The notes: generated from the sequence alone by a model not told the origin. Shown: positions 35,964-50,900, numbered from the whole stretch's first letter. The stretch: DNA of 63,178 bases, filler included, from Lenisia limosa (GCA_001655205.1; 8 parts of 8 records of this genome joined end to end with filler, not necessarily neighbours in it), one strand, 5' to 3'. Made by a program: numbers and translations.

Positions 35964-38900
35964 GCGAGGGTTGACAGGCGTTTCTACAACACCGTAGCCC
36001 ATCACTCCAGCATACTGAAAAACAAACAAAAAAAAAATATTATTTCAAAAAATCGAGAGGCAAGAACCCGAAAAAAATAGGGGTAACAGGTCAACTAACC
36101 TTGAAGAGACGGTCACTAAAGATTTTGGGTTTAACATCCATAACAACGGACTCTCCAGTGTCGCCTGGGATCACAAGGCGGCCCTGAAAGGTCAATAGCA
36201 AGCCACTTGAGAAACAGTAAAGGGGGATTCAGACCTTATGAGTGGCAACCATCTCCTTGAAGAGCTTCTTCTTGAGAATCTCATTCTTGCTGTTGAGAAG
36301 AGACTCCCAGGTCCGGTCGTCAACCAAGGACTGCCCGCCAAAAGCGAGGGTCGCCAGCCCCCGTGTTCGACCCTCAATCTGAAGAGTAAGCCCTGTGCAA
36401 CACATTGTATATCTTGAGCGCACCCAGCACACCTTTTCAAAGAGCGGACGGCCGATGGCACCGGGTTCGCCGGTGGTGATGGACATTCCGACCCGGAGGC
36501 CACGCCAGAGCCACCCTGGATCCTGCGAAGTGAGCACATTGTTGGGGGGGGGGGGCAGCAAAAGAAGACTGAAGCTTACACGTTCGAGGGGAACTTCGGC
36601 CAGGGTCTCATGGAGGGATTTGAGCACAGTAGGCCAACGAACGTGTGTAAGGGCAACCTAAGAGGGTAAGGGTGGAATGTCAAAGACTGAGCAAGGTGAA
36701 ATAACTAATTCACACCTGCATCTTGAGAACGTATTGCAGCGCGTCAAGAGGATTGTCGAAGCCACAAAGCATCATGTCATGCTGTACACTAAACTATGTC
36801 AACCTCCACAGAGCCATATCCAAAGAAATGATCCAAGACCACATTATTATGCCACACGCAGCTCACGCAATCTGCGCTCCATCAAGCTCCGGAAGGGACA
36901 TAGCCAGACGCTCCATACAAACGTCACGTGATGTCTGCACCACCTTCGGACTCAAGTTCTCAAACACAGTGAGCCCGTCGATCCTGAGGGCAACGCACGT
37001 GACCTGTCCCTTGAACAGCGGGCTTTCGGTGAAGTCAACCTGCCGCCGTCAAGACAGCAAAACGAGGATGTAACGGGTTGACAAGAATAACAAGGGTATT
37101 AAACCCATTGATGCATACCGACTGTGGCATGACCGAGAAGAAGCGGAATCCTTGGAGGCCATCCTTGCGCTCAAACATCATGCTATTCGTTCCGACAGGC
37201 AACGTCTCTGATGCCGTGCCCTGCTTCTTCTGCAAAGTCAGTCCTCAAAAGATGGAATTCTGCAAAGGCCTATGAAACAATTCGGCCGCAAACCGCGACA
37301 AGGTCGAGTTCAACTTGTCTCAGCTGATTCTGTTTGTCTTGCGCTTGTTGCTTGCGGTATGTTTGGATCTAAGCAGTGAATCAGGCATTTCCAAGAGCCA
37401 CAGCCCCNNNNNNNNNNNNNNNNNNNNNNNNNNNNNNNNNNNNNNNNNNNNNNNNNNNNNNNNNNNNNNNNNNNNNNNNNNNNNNNNNNNNCCCCAAAAA
37501 ACCCCCCAATATTCGATTTTTTGGATGGAAAGAATACAGCTTACCTCTTTAATGAAAACGATGGCGAAGATGAGACAGGTGAAGAAGATGAGGGCCCACA
37601 CGACACAGATCAGGAACCAGTGCGAGAAATTATTTGGCATACCAGCCTAATGCAGTTAAAAGGACAGAGTAGCAGTAGCGACACATACCACAAAAGCGAG
37701 GGCGAAGAAGAGAATCAAGAAACTACTGGCTAGAGAGAGCGTTTCAAGTTGAATGAGTGTCCATCTTTCATGAGGCTTTGCAAAGAGATGCAACCTAAAT
37801 TGTCAGAAAATGAAAAGGAAAAGAGTGCGGTCTGCAATGGTTGAGGACATACGAGTAGAACAGGAAAATAGCAAGAAGACCGAACATGATTTGGAACACA
37901 GTTGTCGTAAAGTAGAGGAAACTGGTCAACACGAGGACCTGAAGAATGAGAATAACGGGAGTTCAGCTACCTTTCTGATGATGATAGTAAGCTCCCAGAG
38001 GTAGCGTCTTCTGTTGTAGCGCAGGTAAAGGGCACTGAACATCATGCGGAACCGAGGCTCGTCAAGTCGATGACGATTCTTGACCAGAATAAAGATCACG
38101 AAGGCTGGAATGCCAAGACCGTATCTGAGTCGTCATTTTTGCAATGATGAACCCATGCTGAATCAAAACGGTAACACACCCAAGGACGCAGGCAGCAACG
38201 AGGGGGAACCATCTCCACCACTCTGTTCCGTAGCACTCATATTCAGGGGCCTCATCCATAGTCATTGTGCCATTGCTCTGAAAGAATTAAAAACAAAAGC
38301 TACGAGGCTTCACGAACCTGTTCAGTGCACTTGAAGAACATAAGGGCAGCGATAGTGATGAGGGGATAGAAGAGGGTCATGAAGTAGACGAACACATTGA
38401 TACTTGCAGCGGCAAAAGTCCGGCGGAACACCTGGTAAGATCAGATATTGCGACAAAGGCTTCCACAAATGACCCTCAACAAAAAGAAAGATATTCTCAC
38501 AAGAAGGTTTTGGAACTCCAAGCCGCGACGGCGGCGAGATGCGGCTCTTCGGCTCATTATGATCCGCATCAGAATGTTGGCGGCAAGGAAGAAGATGGCA
38601 AGCACAAAGGGGAAGAGGAGCTGCATATGGTAAATCAGGAAATTGTAGGTATCTACCTTGAGCAGGAAAAGCGTAAAGTAAGTTGTCGCGACAATGCAGG
38701 GGATTGCAAGAATGTCCATATTCAGCGAGGCGAACTGCAGGAAGTTGAAAGTGTTCTGCAAGGTTTCAGGCCAGGCATTGACCTGCGAGTAGAACGCCAT
38801 GATCTGGGCCTGAGGGGTCATGTCTGACTACACATGCATACAATTAATATATAGTACATGTGGAAATGAGTGATAATAGAGTGAGTATCTGGCAGAAGCC

Positions 38901-41900
38901 GTCCACATTGATTCCAGTATAAAGAATATTGACTACGGATACATATGATATAATATAATATAACATACATACATAACATACATACATATTAATAGTATAC
39001 TTTTTCATATATGATGTATTCTAGTGTTATCAGTGGGGGCCTCGACACAATGTCGCTAATTCTCAATTACCCCCCCCCCCCCCNNNNNNNNNNNNNNNNN
39101 NNNNNNNNNNNNNNNNNNNNNNNNNNNNNNNNNNNNNNNNNNNNNNNNNNNNNNNNNNNNNNNNNNNNNNNNNNNNNNNNNNNNNNNNNNNNNNNNNNNN
39201 NNNNNNNNNNNNNNNNNNNNNNNNNNNNNNNNNNNNNNNNNNNNNNNNNNNNNNNNNNNNNNNNNNNNNNNGTGCATGATTATCCCATAGTGTAACACAT
39301 TAGGAATACGTGCATGATTATTCTATCTGTTTAAAGATTCCTGCTTTCAAAAAAGGAGAGCCCTCTTACCAACGAAAACGAGCCAAACGTACTGCGGACA
39401 CTCAACACATTCTCCATTAAGCCTTGGAGAGTTACAACACAAAATCCTGATCATCTCCAAGCAGAAATGAAGCGACCCCTCTTAAGAGCCCTCATACCGG
39501 TAGTGGGTCTGCTCAGTCCCGACAGAAGCGCATTTTCCGCAGTCAATGCCCTCGTAACCCTCATCACACTCGTTACGGCCAAGGCATGACTCCGCTGGCA
39601 GGCAATTGTAGAAGACGTCTTCATCATGCTTGTAATATCTAGGGGGGGGGGGNNNNNNNNNNNNNNNNNNNNNNNNNNNNNNNNNNNNNNNNNNNNNNNN
39701 NNNNNNNNNNNNNNNNNNNNNNNNNNNNNNNNNNNNNNNNNNNNNNNNNNNNNNNNNNNNNNNNNNNNNNNNNNNNNNNNNNNNNNNNNNNNNNNNNNNN
39801 NNNNNNNNNNNNNNNNNNNNNNNNNNNNNNNNNNNNNNNNNNNNNNNNNNNNNNNNNNNNNNNNNNNNNNNNNNNNNNNNNNNNNNNNNNNNNNNNNNGC
39901 CGACAGAACAAGCCTCGCAAGGACCGCCGTTTAGGCCGTAGTAGCCCGGTGAGCAGATACACGCGAACACTGATGTGCTGCCCTCGACTAGGGCGGTGGT
40001 GGTGAACTCAGGACACGACGCACATTGGAACACCGGACACGACACACAGGGTTCGTTAGGGAGGTCTAAGGCATTGTCACGGTCATCGTACGTGTCCTAT
40101 TTGGTGAGACTTATGGTGGTATGAAAACGTTGCAGAAAACTGTGCGTTGTGGCAACTGGGTGTGTGAAAATCTTTACGAGGTATCTTGCAATAAAAGCAN
40201 NNNNNNNNNNNNNNNNNNNNNNNNNNNNNNNNNNNNNNNNNNNNNNNNNNNNNNNNNNNNNNNNNNNNNNNNNNNNNNNNNNNNNNNNNNNNNNNNNNNN
40301 NNNNNNNNNNNNNNNNNNNNNNNNNNNNNNNNNNNNNNNNNNNNNNNNNNNNNNNNNNNNNNNNNNNNNNNNNNNNNNNNNNNNNNNNNNNNNNNNNNNN
40401 NNNNNNNNNNNNNNNNNNGGAACCAAGGGGGCATACCGAGCCGACGAGCATGGCCTTGGGCGAACCGTACATGTGACTACCCGCAAACTGTGCTCGGACC
40501 TGAACAGTAAACTCTTGTGTGTTTTGTCTTATACCACAGCATATTACTTGTTTTCTATGATATCGGGTGTAAATGCGAGAAATACCCCCCCCCCCNNNNN
40601 NNNNNNNNNNNNNNNNNNNNNNNNNNNNNNNNNNNNNNNNNNNNNNNNNNNNNNNNNNNNNNNNNNNNNNNNNNNNNNNNNNNNNNNNNNNNNNNNNNNN
40701 NNNNNNNNNNNNNNNNNNNNNNNNNNNNNNNNNNNNNNNNNNNNNNNNNNNNNNNNNCGGAATGATTATGTTGTCTCCGTCCTCGTAGGGCAATTGCCGG
40801 ACTTCAACCTGAACTGTCAACGTGCCTCAACTCCATAAGACGAGGTCCAATACACCATCATTACTTTATATAGCAATGAGAAATAAAACAATAAGGTTGT
40901 ATCATAACTTACTTCAAGGGATTTCCCACGGTCCCAAAAAAAGACTGAATTTCTCGATAAATCCTCGATAAATATCGATATTTTACCGGTCTTTTTCGGA
41001 CCGTAGGGAAGCCCTACTTACTTCCTATAGCACCATATAGACCCCCCCCCCACAGTAAAGTTGCCTGTCCCCAGGACTCCGTCCAGATTCTGGTTGTCGA
41101 ATGCGTCGAAAGGAGTCAGAATGGCGTGAGTCTCCTTGAAGGCGAGGGCTGATGTGAAGGCCGGACCGGTGAGCCGCGAGTGCGGCGCCGACGTTTCACC
41201 CGGTAAGACGGAAAGAGTGACAGTGCCGTTGCGGGATACTCCGGGGTACTTCCCTGTTGTCATTTCGAAGGTCACTTCATAGTCGCCGGCATTGCCTGGA
41301 CTGTTAGACGTTAATTCGATCGAAATATCCACGGCATTGCGAAACTCCATTCTCTCTCACCAATAATGAGCATTGCTCTGTACTGTCCGTCAGTCAAATC
41401 AGTGAGCTCCACTGACTACAAAGGTTAAAGATGAACGATGATCAATGGTTGTTGTCTGTGAAACAAGACTAACCAAAAGAGTTCCGTTGTTGACAGGAAT
41501 ATGGGGGAGCGACCTGGTGCCAGTAACACTGTACAAGGGGTAGACAATTTCTTCCTGCAGATTCTGGGTCTGGAGTGTCTCTCCCCTGAAAAGTAACCCA
41601 ATTGGCGTAAATGCCACTTACGTCTCCAGACTTGTCACGGTGATTTTCCACACGTTGCCTCCCGAGGTTTTGTAGATGCCTTCTTGACTCACAGCCTGAG
41701 AGATAAAGAGGGCATTATACGACTTCTGAGGGGGGGGTTCTTGGGATTAAGAATAAAACAGCCACCAACTTGCAGGATAATTTCAGAATACACGCCAGCA
41801 ACAAGTTCGCCGGGAAGAATGGTCAGAGACTATAGCGATGAAATCCATTCGACAGTTGACGTTTAATGTGCAAATGATACCAAGAGAGATTTAATGTGGA

Positions 41901-44900
41901 CCAAAAAAAGAGGGAATTTCTTGGGGAATTCATGGAATAACTACAATATTTTATCAGCCATTGTTAAAACATCATGGTACCCAATGTAAGCCAACCAAAT
42001 TGGCCTGTGTTGGGACGAGCTCGAATTCGTAAGGGTCGTCATTGACCTGCATGAAGCCCGGTGCGGGATAGGGCAGCACTCCGACAGGACACACACCGCC
42101 GAAGGGACACGGCAAACACGTGTTCTCTGTGGCGTACGTCCCACCAAGACAAACAGGCACAACAGTTCCTAAAGTAGCGGTCAGCATCACCTACATGTAT
42201 ATATGATATATGTAGCTGCAACGCTACGACGCAACAGTTCTCACCGTGGGGGCAAAGGGCACCGTCAGGGCACGGCTTACAGTCCATGCCACCAATGGGG
42301 CCGTAGTAACCCGCAACACAACGGCAGCTACATGGTCATTAAACCGAAGATAATGTAGGGTGTGGAAATGCAGCGGGTTTGTTGATTCATAAACCATAAC
42401 GAGTGAGCTAACCTGTCTTGAGAAATTGCACCGACGTCGTCGTAAGTAGACGACAGCGCGGGGCAGGGTGTGCAGAAAGACGACCCGTTGTTGGGAGCGA
42501 AGGTGCCAAGGTCGCAGGCATAACACTCGATCAGGCCTAGAGAATGACGCAACTAAGAGGGCTTACCCGTGGAGTTAGTGAAGTAGCCCATTGGACAGTC
42601 AAGACATTCGGTTTGACCCAGGGCCTCAGCAGGAGCGTACTGGCCGCCGGGGCAAGCTTGGCAGGCCGCGAGTTGTTGGGGCTCATCAGAATACTGGAGG
42701 GTCAAGACAAGGACCGACGTTACTGCTGGTTTTCGACATTAAACATCCCAAGAACGCTCACCGATCCTCCCGGACAGTACTGACACGGGCCACTCATTGT
42801 TGCTAACTCCTGACCAGGCACACACAGCGGCTGCCAATAGACATACTCCTTGGAGACCAGCAGGTCGTCGAGGCCTCGGATGGTTACGACGAGCAGCATC
42901 GGCCGCGTGACAGCGTACGTCACGTTGTACATGCCGACTCCACCGTAGGTCTGAAACACCTACACCATATCATTATCGGTAACGAGCATCCTTAATGTCA
43001 TTGTGAAACTGAAGGATTCTATCATATACTATATGATATAGAATGAGAAAAAAAATAAAATAAGGTTGTATCTGACCGAAGCTGTCCACACCATCACGCG
43101 AAAGAGATATTGGATTATAGTATAATAATGATTCACCCGATCATTTGCCTTACAACTCTGTACACACAGCTTTCTGCGTGCCTCCCCAGCGTACCATATA
43201 GTCAGCGAATTCTACCAAAGCTGCGCCGTCTGAATCCTCAAACTCCAGCTCAAATCTAGAGGTAAGAAGAAGCGTGCGACGACTTACCGATGATCTACGT
43301 CATCATAAACGTTGTCAAACTGGTCTCTAGCGAAGATGGTGAAGTGTTTCGACCCCTGTCCGACCTAAATAGTTACCATCGAAAGAGTAACAAGAGAAAC
43401 ACACAATTGCGTTTTCCAAAGCGCTTGTAAAAGACTTGTCACTTGGAACACTTGAGAAGATGGTGACGTTGAATGGAGAGTTGGCAATGGCGGGGTAGGG
43501 TGCAGAGGCTCCGAAGGCCTTATAGCGAATCTTGATAAGTCAGTACATGCAGAGTTTGTACAAAGAAGTCGGTCAGCCCACATGGAATTGGAAGACACCA
43601 GCCACAGTCGGGGTGTACTTAATGACATAAGTTCCGTCGTAGCGGTCGTCGTAGGGGACGTTCAGCGTTTGGTCGTCCATTTCAAGGGTCACCTCCCAGT
43701 CGCTTCCGCCTGGTGGTGAGATGCCGGCAATGAAATAGTCTACCAAGTACAAGCCCCNNNNNNNNNNNNNNNNNNNNNNNNNNNNNNNNNNNNNNNNNNN
43801 NNNNNNNNNNNNNNNNNNNNNNNNNNNNNNNNNNNNNNNNNNNNNNNNNNNNNNNNNNNNNNNNNNNNNNNNNNNNNNNNNNNNNNNNNNNNNNNNNNNN
43901 NNNNNNNNNNNNNNNNNNNNNNNNNNNNNNNNNNNNNNNNNNNNNNNNNNNNNNNNNNNNNNNNNNNNNNNNNNNCCTAACAAGATGGACATTATCATGG
44001 ATTTGTGTCAAAATACCCAAAATTTCTAAATACAGCTTCAATAAATATCCGTAGTTTGTTAGTCCTTTTGTGACCACAGGCAATCCTATCAAGTTTGCCG
44101 CATACCGTAACACAGCTTGGCACCAGGGTGGGGAACACACAGATACCCTTAGTTGGGCAGTCTTTGCAGCTGTCACCGCCAGCGGGCCCGTACATGCCGT
44201 ATGAGCACCTAGGTAGGGAGGGGGTGAAATCACATCACTGATAAGCACGGAAAAGTAGCAACTAAGCAAATAAAAGACACGAAAAGAGAGAAATGGCAAG
44301 ATAATGACTGAACTACCAGCATTCAAAAGTACCAATTTCGCCTCGCCTATTCCTACAAAAAGGCCCACAAACAGGCATTCTTCAGAGAAAATAGCACCGG
44401 TGTCCTGGGTGGTCGTGCTATTGGGGCAAATGGTGCAGTTGGCAGCACCTGCAAGAGCGGAATAGGAACCAACCTGAGGTATCAAAGGAAGATTGCGGAA
44501 CCAAAGAAAACAATACATTGCCCAACCCCGAACCGGACAATCTATACAACTTGCAGTACCCGCGTCAGGGTTGTACGTTCCCGGACTGCAANNNNNNNNN
44601 NNNNNNNNNNNNNNNNNNNNNNNNNNNNNNNNNNNNNNNNNNNNNNNNNNNNNNNNNNNNNNNNNNNNNNNNNNNNNNNNNNNNNNNNNNNNNNNNNNNN
44701 NNNNNNNNNNNNNNNNNNNNNNNNNNNNGATTGCTAACCAAGAATACTCCATTCTCCAGCCTTGCATAGTTTGCATGAAGATTGGTCAGCCTCGTTTTGG
44801 AATGTTCCTAATATGGTAAGTCGGCCATGTGACGAGCAAACCGGGTAGACACTGCTCGCATGGGCCGATAGACGAGGCCAACGCCGTGCCGACAAGACAG

Positions 44901-47900
44901 TACGGCCGCCAGATGACAAGGTCCTGAACGCCTTGGGACAGCGGCGTGCCCTGGGCTCGGATGAGGAACCGGACTTCCGCCCCGATGGCAATGTCGTAGT
45001 CTATTTTGTGTGTTCCTGAAGGGTGAGTGGTTGTCCTCCAAAGAAAGTTGCATTAAGTGAAATGAGGAAGAAAAAAAGAGAAAATAAACAGGGCCAAAGA
45101 TGGTTTTCGATTCGAAAAAAGACTGAATTTCTCGATTAATCTTCGAAAACTACCGATATTTTCCCGAACCGAAGTGAAGCCATGTTTTAAAGCTAGCCCA
45201 CCATTGACGACACTGGTGTAAGTCAGGGTGACAGAAGGCTCGTTGAACTCCGGGCATATGTAGCCGTCGGTGCTGTTACTGCAGTAAACCAGGCCGGAAT
45301 TGGCCATGTAGTTGTTATACAGAAGACTGATGGAAAATCCTGGAGAGTCACTTTATTGAAGGGAAACAGGGGGGTTGGCTGCTTATCATCACCACTTGTT
45401 CTGATGGTTCAAACACAAAAGAGGGAATAAGAGCTCACTATAATCCTCATCTGGCACTTCATTGCCCCATTGGTCAACTGCATGAATTTCAAAGGAACCT
45501 GAAGATCCCAGAATCTGAAGAGTTAGAACAATGAAAATGAAGAGGTGCTGCTACGCTCACAACAATTAACAAAGATTGCAAAACCCAGACTAAGCCTACA
45601 AAGAGGCTGTCCATGCCGGTGACATAGGACGTGGCTGAGTGCGGCAGATTCGGTTCGAGGGACACATTAGAGGCACAGCCGATGTTGGACCACTCCAGAG
45701 TGAGGGGGTCCTGCCATTGAATGTCAATTTCGTAGTCGCCTAGCTCGTACACCGCAACATCGCCGCTGTACCTAAACCAGTCAGAAAAGGACTCCCAGGT
45801 GATAGACCATCGATTGTGATCTGCCCAGCTTGATCAAGGAGCCCTGGGCCTACTTTCCAGCGGAATCGGTGACATGGTCAATGCTGACGTTCCAGGGAAG
45901 AAGGTCATTGCCGGCAGTGGGGGTGATCAATGCCCGGAATGCATCTAATCCCTCCTGCTGCACATTGCCAAGACTGTTGTAGGCCTAAAGATGGTAAGAC
46001 TGTTGTAGGCCTGAAGATGGTAAGAAGACGCCTCGTCTACTCAATGTGATTGTTAGGCTGGGTGGATAACAAATGTAGCATGCCAGTTACCACCCTCATC
46101 TTATTTTTTATTTGGTAGTTCGCTTCCCCTCTTTTTTAATAAATAAAAATGTTCTGCAAGAAGTATATATGTGTGTGTACATATGATACGTAATATTATA
46201 TGGTTAAGCTCGAAAATATGTATAGTATATGGCAACCTGTAGATGAACGACGAACGGTCTGCCAGCCTCAGTCTTGTTACCCAGGCCGGAGCAATCCGTG
46301 TTGCCGGGTATCGTGGGGTACAGAATGCATAAGCTGTCAAGAAGTCTGGATAGGGGTTAGCGCTTATTTGACAAATTGTCTTGTCAACAATAACGGTTAA
46401 ATAACGAACGTACCTGTAGTCTGGGTCGCACAAAGGTTCCAACGTATTGGGGAAGACACATGTTGCATGGGGTGGACACACAGTGCAGTTGGTGTCGCCA
46501 GTGGGACCATGCGAACCGGACTGGCATCTAAAATGTAATGATGTCGCCCCTTTGAGAGTAGCACAGAATACAAGCAAAAGAGTCGCCTCCATCCAACATA
46601 CAGGCAGTCATTTACGCTTGTCGACTTCTGGAGAAGCGTGGTTCTGCCATCGATACAGAGCTTGCAGGACGGAAAGGCCTCCTCATCAGCATAAGCGCCA
46701 ACTTCGCAGTCGTCACACACCACGGCCGAAGAGTTGGCCACAGCCGTTCCGACCAAACAAGGGTCACATTCGGCTTGGCCCTCCACTGAGGGGTAGGCAT
46801 AGTAGCCCGGGACGCAAGGCTCACACCCAGGTCCTGCTGTGCCGCCGGGACAAGGCTACTGGATTAGCACCATGTGTCAACATAATCATCATCGAGGCGA
46901 ATACCAAAATCAACAATTAAACTCGCACAACTATGGTATATTCGATCTTCACAGCTATTTGCCCCGGCTTTTCGGCTAACCGAGCAAACGTCAGAACCGA
47001 TATGGAAGGTCTGCTTGCCAGGGGCACATTCAGTGCACTCAGTTGTGCCCAATTCACTGAATTCAGCAAACCAGTTCAAAGGGCATCCTGTACATTCTAA
47101 CAGCTACACGGTCAAAGGCTGGCATGTTGCCTACCTGTGCGGTTTCACTGAACCACCCGGCAGGGCATGGGTTGCAAGGCCCCACGACAGTGTCCAAACT
47201 GAAGCCGGCAAGACAGTGCGGCTGCCATTTTGAGTCGTAGGACGAGGCGTGGAGCAGAGGATTGCCGTCGGCCCTATATCGTTATTCGCTGCCAAAAGAG
47301 CATCAATATCTGAGAGTTAATACCCACCTAATGTCCCATTTCATGAGGCCCATTATGTTGCTTGTCATTGTGATGGTGTGGAGGGGAGCGACAATGGGTT
47401 GATACACCAGCGTGATGTTGGCGGAGTTATCAATACCCTCGCAGGTGGTTGCTGAAGGCGACGTGCCAGGAAGACAGTAAATATCCGTTCGATTGGGGTT
47501 CTATAGTATTAGTGTTGGTACAACCATCGTGGAAACAGAACTAATGAATAGGTTGGACACTGTACCCACCTCCATGTACACGACAATACTGTACTTGAAG
47601 TCGGTGTCAGGATAGTCGTTCCCGAAAGCGTCACGAGCGTGAATGGAAACGGTCAGCAATTCGCCTGTAAGTTTCACTGGCCATGTTGTGGTAATCTNNN
47701 NNNNNNNNNNNNNNNNNNNNNNNNNNNNNNNNNNNNNNNNNNNNNNNNNNNNNNNNNNNNNNNNNNNNNNNNNNNNNNNNNNNNNNNNNNNNNNNNNNNN
47801 NNNNNNNNNNNNNNNNNNNNNNNNNNNNNNNNNNNNNNNNCACCTCAGAGGTGTCCTTCAAATGGCTTGGCAGAGCAGGATTGACGGTCACCGCAAAAGG

Positions 47901-50900
47901 CGACCCCTCGATAACCTTGGTTTCGCCGTAGCCGTTGATGATCGACATTTCAATGCTATACTCTCCCTAGGGTGATATTACTTCAGGACAACATTGGCCA
48001 GTCCAGCAGCCCGCAACTCACCACAATTCTCAGTTCCAAGAAAGCTTCGTAGAGCCCGTTGTCATTGTCGACCTAGGCCTAGTTAACCCATCCAGGAGCA
48101 GCAGGACCAACCGGTGTGTTTTTGACAACGTTGACAGTGTCAGGTCCGGATGCTACTGTGATATTGACTATTTCGCCTCCGCCAACCTGGGGGGGGGGGG
48201 GGNNNNNNNNNNNNNNNNNNNNNNNNNNNNNNNNNNNNNNNNNNNNNNNNNNNNNNNNNNNNNNNNNNNNNNNNNNNNNNNNNNNNNNNNNNNNNNNNNN
48301 NNNNNNNNNNNNNNNNNNNNNNNNNNNNNNNNNNNNNNNNNNNNNNNNNNNNNNNNNNNNNNNNNNNNNNNNNNNNNNNNNNNNNNNNNNNNNNAGTGAG
48401 GGAAATGTTTTTTAAAAAATCCGACTTATTAACGATCACAATCCAATCATAACGCTTAGAGCCGTCCCAAGCATACGACCCCCGAGGGGATCAAAGCTTA
48501 TGGACAGAGCGCGGACCAGACCAGACTGCAGAAAAGATTCTCTACAGGTACGAACAATATGGTGTCAAGCAAACTGTGACTATTCTAAACCATACTGATG
48601 CTGAGCAAAAGAGTAGTAATGGTATCAACAAAAAGTGACTGGGCAAACATAAAGTACAAAACAAACACATACAGCAAACATTATTAAAATTAAAACAACA
48701 GCACAAAAAAAACAAAAAAAAAACAAAGGGGCACAAGTCGAAGGTTAATTAAAAAAAAAATTAGCTGAGGGGAATAATAGCACTTCCGCTTTGAAAAAGC
48801 TCCCCTAGTTAATCTTTGAACCTAGACATTAGACATTGTGACAGACTTGGCGCGGGAATCTGTGGTATACTCTAGAAGATGGAAATACAGAAGCATACCA
48901 ATGTTACTTAATAGCACATGAAAATGTGAAATAAACATTGGAGAAAAAAACAAAACAATAGCACTTCGGTGCTGTATAACTTTACAACTGTTATGAATCT
49001 CACAAATCTACTGAGGTACAAAACAAACCTGGGGGACCAGTTTGGCAAGGTCAGTGAAGCAAGCAATTGGGATGCTCATGGTTCCGCCTAAACCACCAAT
49101 AAGAGAGCCTGCCGAGTACTGGAATGCCCCTCGCTATTAGACCAACCTGCAATGGTATCGGAAGCGACAGTGGCAGTGGCAGTTTCACTGGGGATGACGT
49201 TACACATGGACGTGTTGGCGTGGAAGTAGTAGCCCGGGTCACACGTCGGCTCACGCGACGGAAACAGACACGTGGCATGAAGCACAGGACAGATAGTACA
49301 AGGCCCGCCTGGGACGCCATACCACCCATCGCGGCACAGACACTGCGTTTTGTTGACGGCTCCAAGTACGCCACCGGTGACGGTGTTCTCGGGACAACTC
49401 AGACAGTCTGCCTGAAGCTCAATGGGGTTGTACGTGTCGAGAGGACATTTCGAGCACGCAACAGAGCTGAAACGTGAGGAGGAGCACCAAACTGCTTACA
49501 ATTGTCCGGAGTATTCACCGGCAGGACACGGGTCGCAGAACTCAGTTCCGTTGTTTGGAGCAAAAGCTCCCTCAGGGCACAGAAGGCATTCAAAGAGGTC
49601 TGCGGTGGGGGTGTACTTTCCAGGGTCGCAATTGATGCAGGGACCAACAACACTCTCGAGATATTGGCCATTGTTGCAGATGGGAACCCAGTTGGCGTAC
49701 CGGGATACGAGCTGAAGAGCGTCAGTGTTGGGGCAATGGAATAGAGTTAACCCACCTTGGTGTCATCGGCAACGAGAACAATTCCAACTTCCCACACTCC
49801 TGGCGAATGCCCAGTGTAATTCAGGCTCCAATATCCTTTGCTGTCAGAACTCTTAGGCTCCTTACCATTCCCCTCGTTGATAAACTCGTATGTGATATCT
49901 CCTGGTTCAGCAAGCTGAGAAAAGGGCATCAATTTAAACGTCACATTCAGCTCATGGTATCCTAAAGAGTCATGTTTATCGCATTCCGAGAACAAACCGT
50001 CAACTTGCGCGTCGTCGTAAATATCATAAGTTAAAAAACGAAGATATCTACAAAGTCAAACAGCAATATTTGTGAAGCCTCCATGCGCTCGCCACTCACT
50101 GCGACTCCTCAACAGTCCTGTCCTCAAGCAGAGGGAACGAAGCATTTGTTGGCCCTGCTGCTGGCTCATGGGGGTAGACCTGGAGAATAAGTATCGCCCA
50201 GAACCTCAAGCCCAGATAACTCTGGAATCCCGGCGCACATAGAACCAGTTTCTTTCGGTACCATCTTTGTAGTGCGTGACTTCAGCACCATCACTGATGC
50301 GCCACATGTAGTGGGTGTAGTTTCCTAAAAAGTAAGATCCGGCGGAGAACTAACCGGAGGCGAGGGTCAAACTATAACGGTGCCTGTAGGTGCTTATCCA
50401 CATGTTGCGGTTACTGTATTTCAAAACTCCTCCTCTAAAAATGTGTCAGATAGAAAAAGTCAACTACTAACTCTTCGTATAAGTTGAACTTGTAGTCCTC
50501 CAGTTGATACTGCAGGTAAGCTTTTTCTTCCGTTTGGGTGACACACTCCAGTCTGCACGATAAAATCAGAAAACACAGGAGTCACACCAGTCAGCTAGAC
50601 AAACCTGAACCGCACTCCTGACAGTGGGCGAGCGGCGTCAGGTCTCCAAAACGTGTTATTGACGCTCACGGCTCCAACCGACTGCCGCGTAAAATGGAAA
50701 AACCAAAGCCTACCTGGAAGTGTTTGGTGGGGACTTCAATGGTAGAGAGAGGGTCTGTGATATTTTGGATGTAAAGCTGGAGACAGTTCCTGAAGAGGTC
50801 AATCGCTTGGCAAGGCAAGGGATGAAACGTACCTGTTCCAACTGGTGTACAGCCAGATGTCCACGGGATGGAAGCCCTCCGTGAGATACTACAAATAAGA

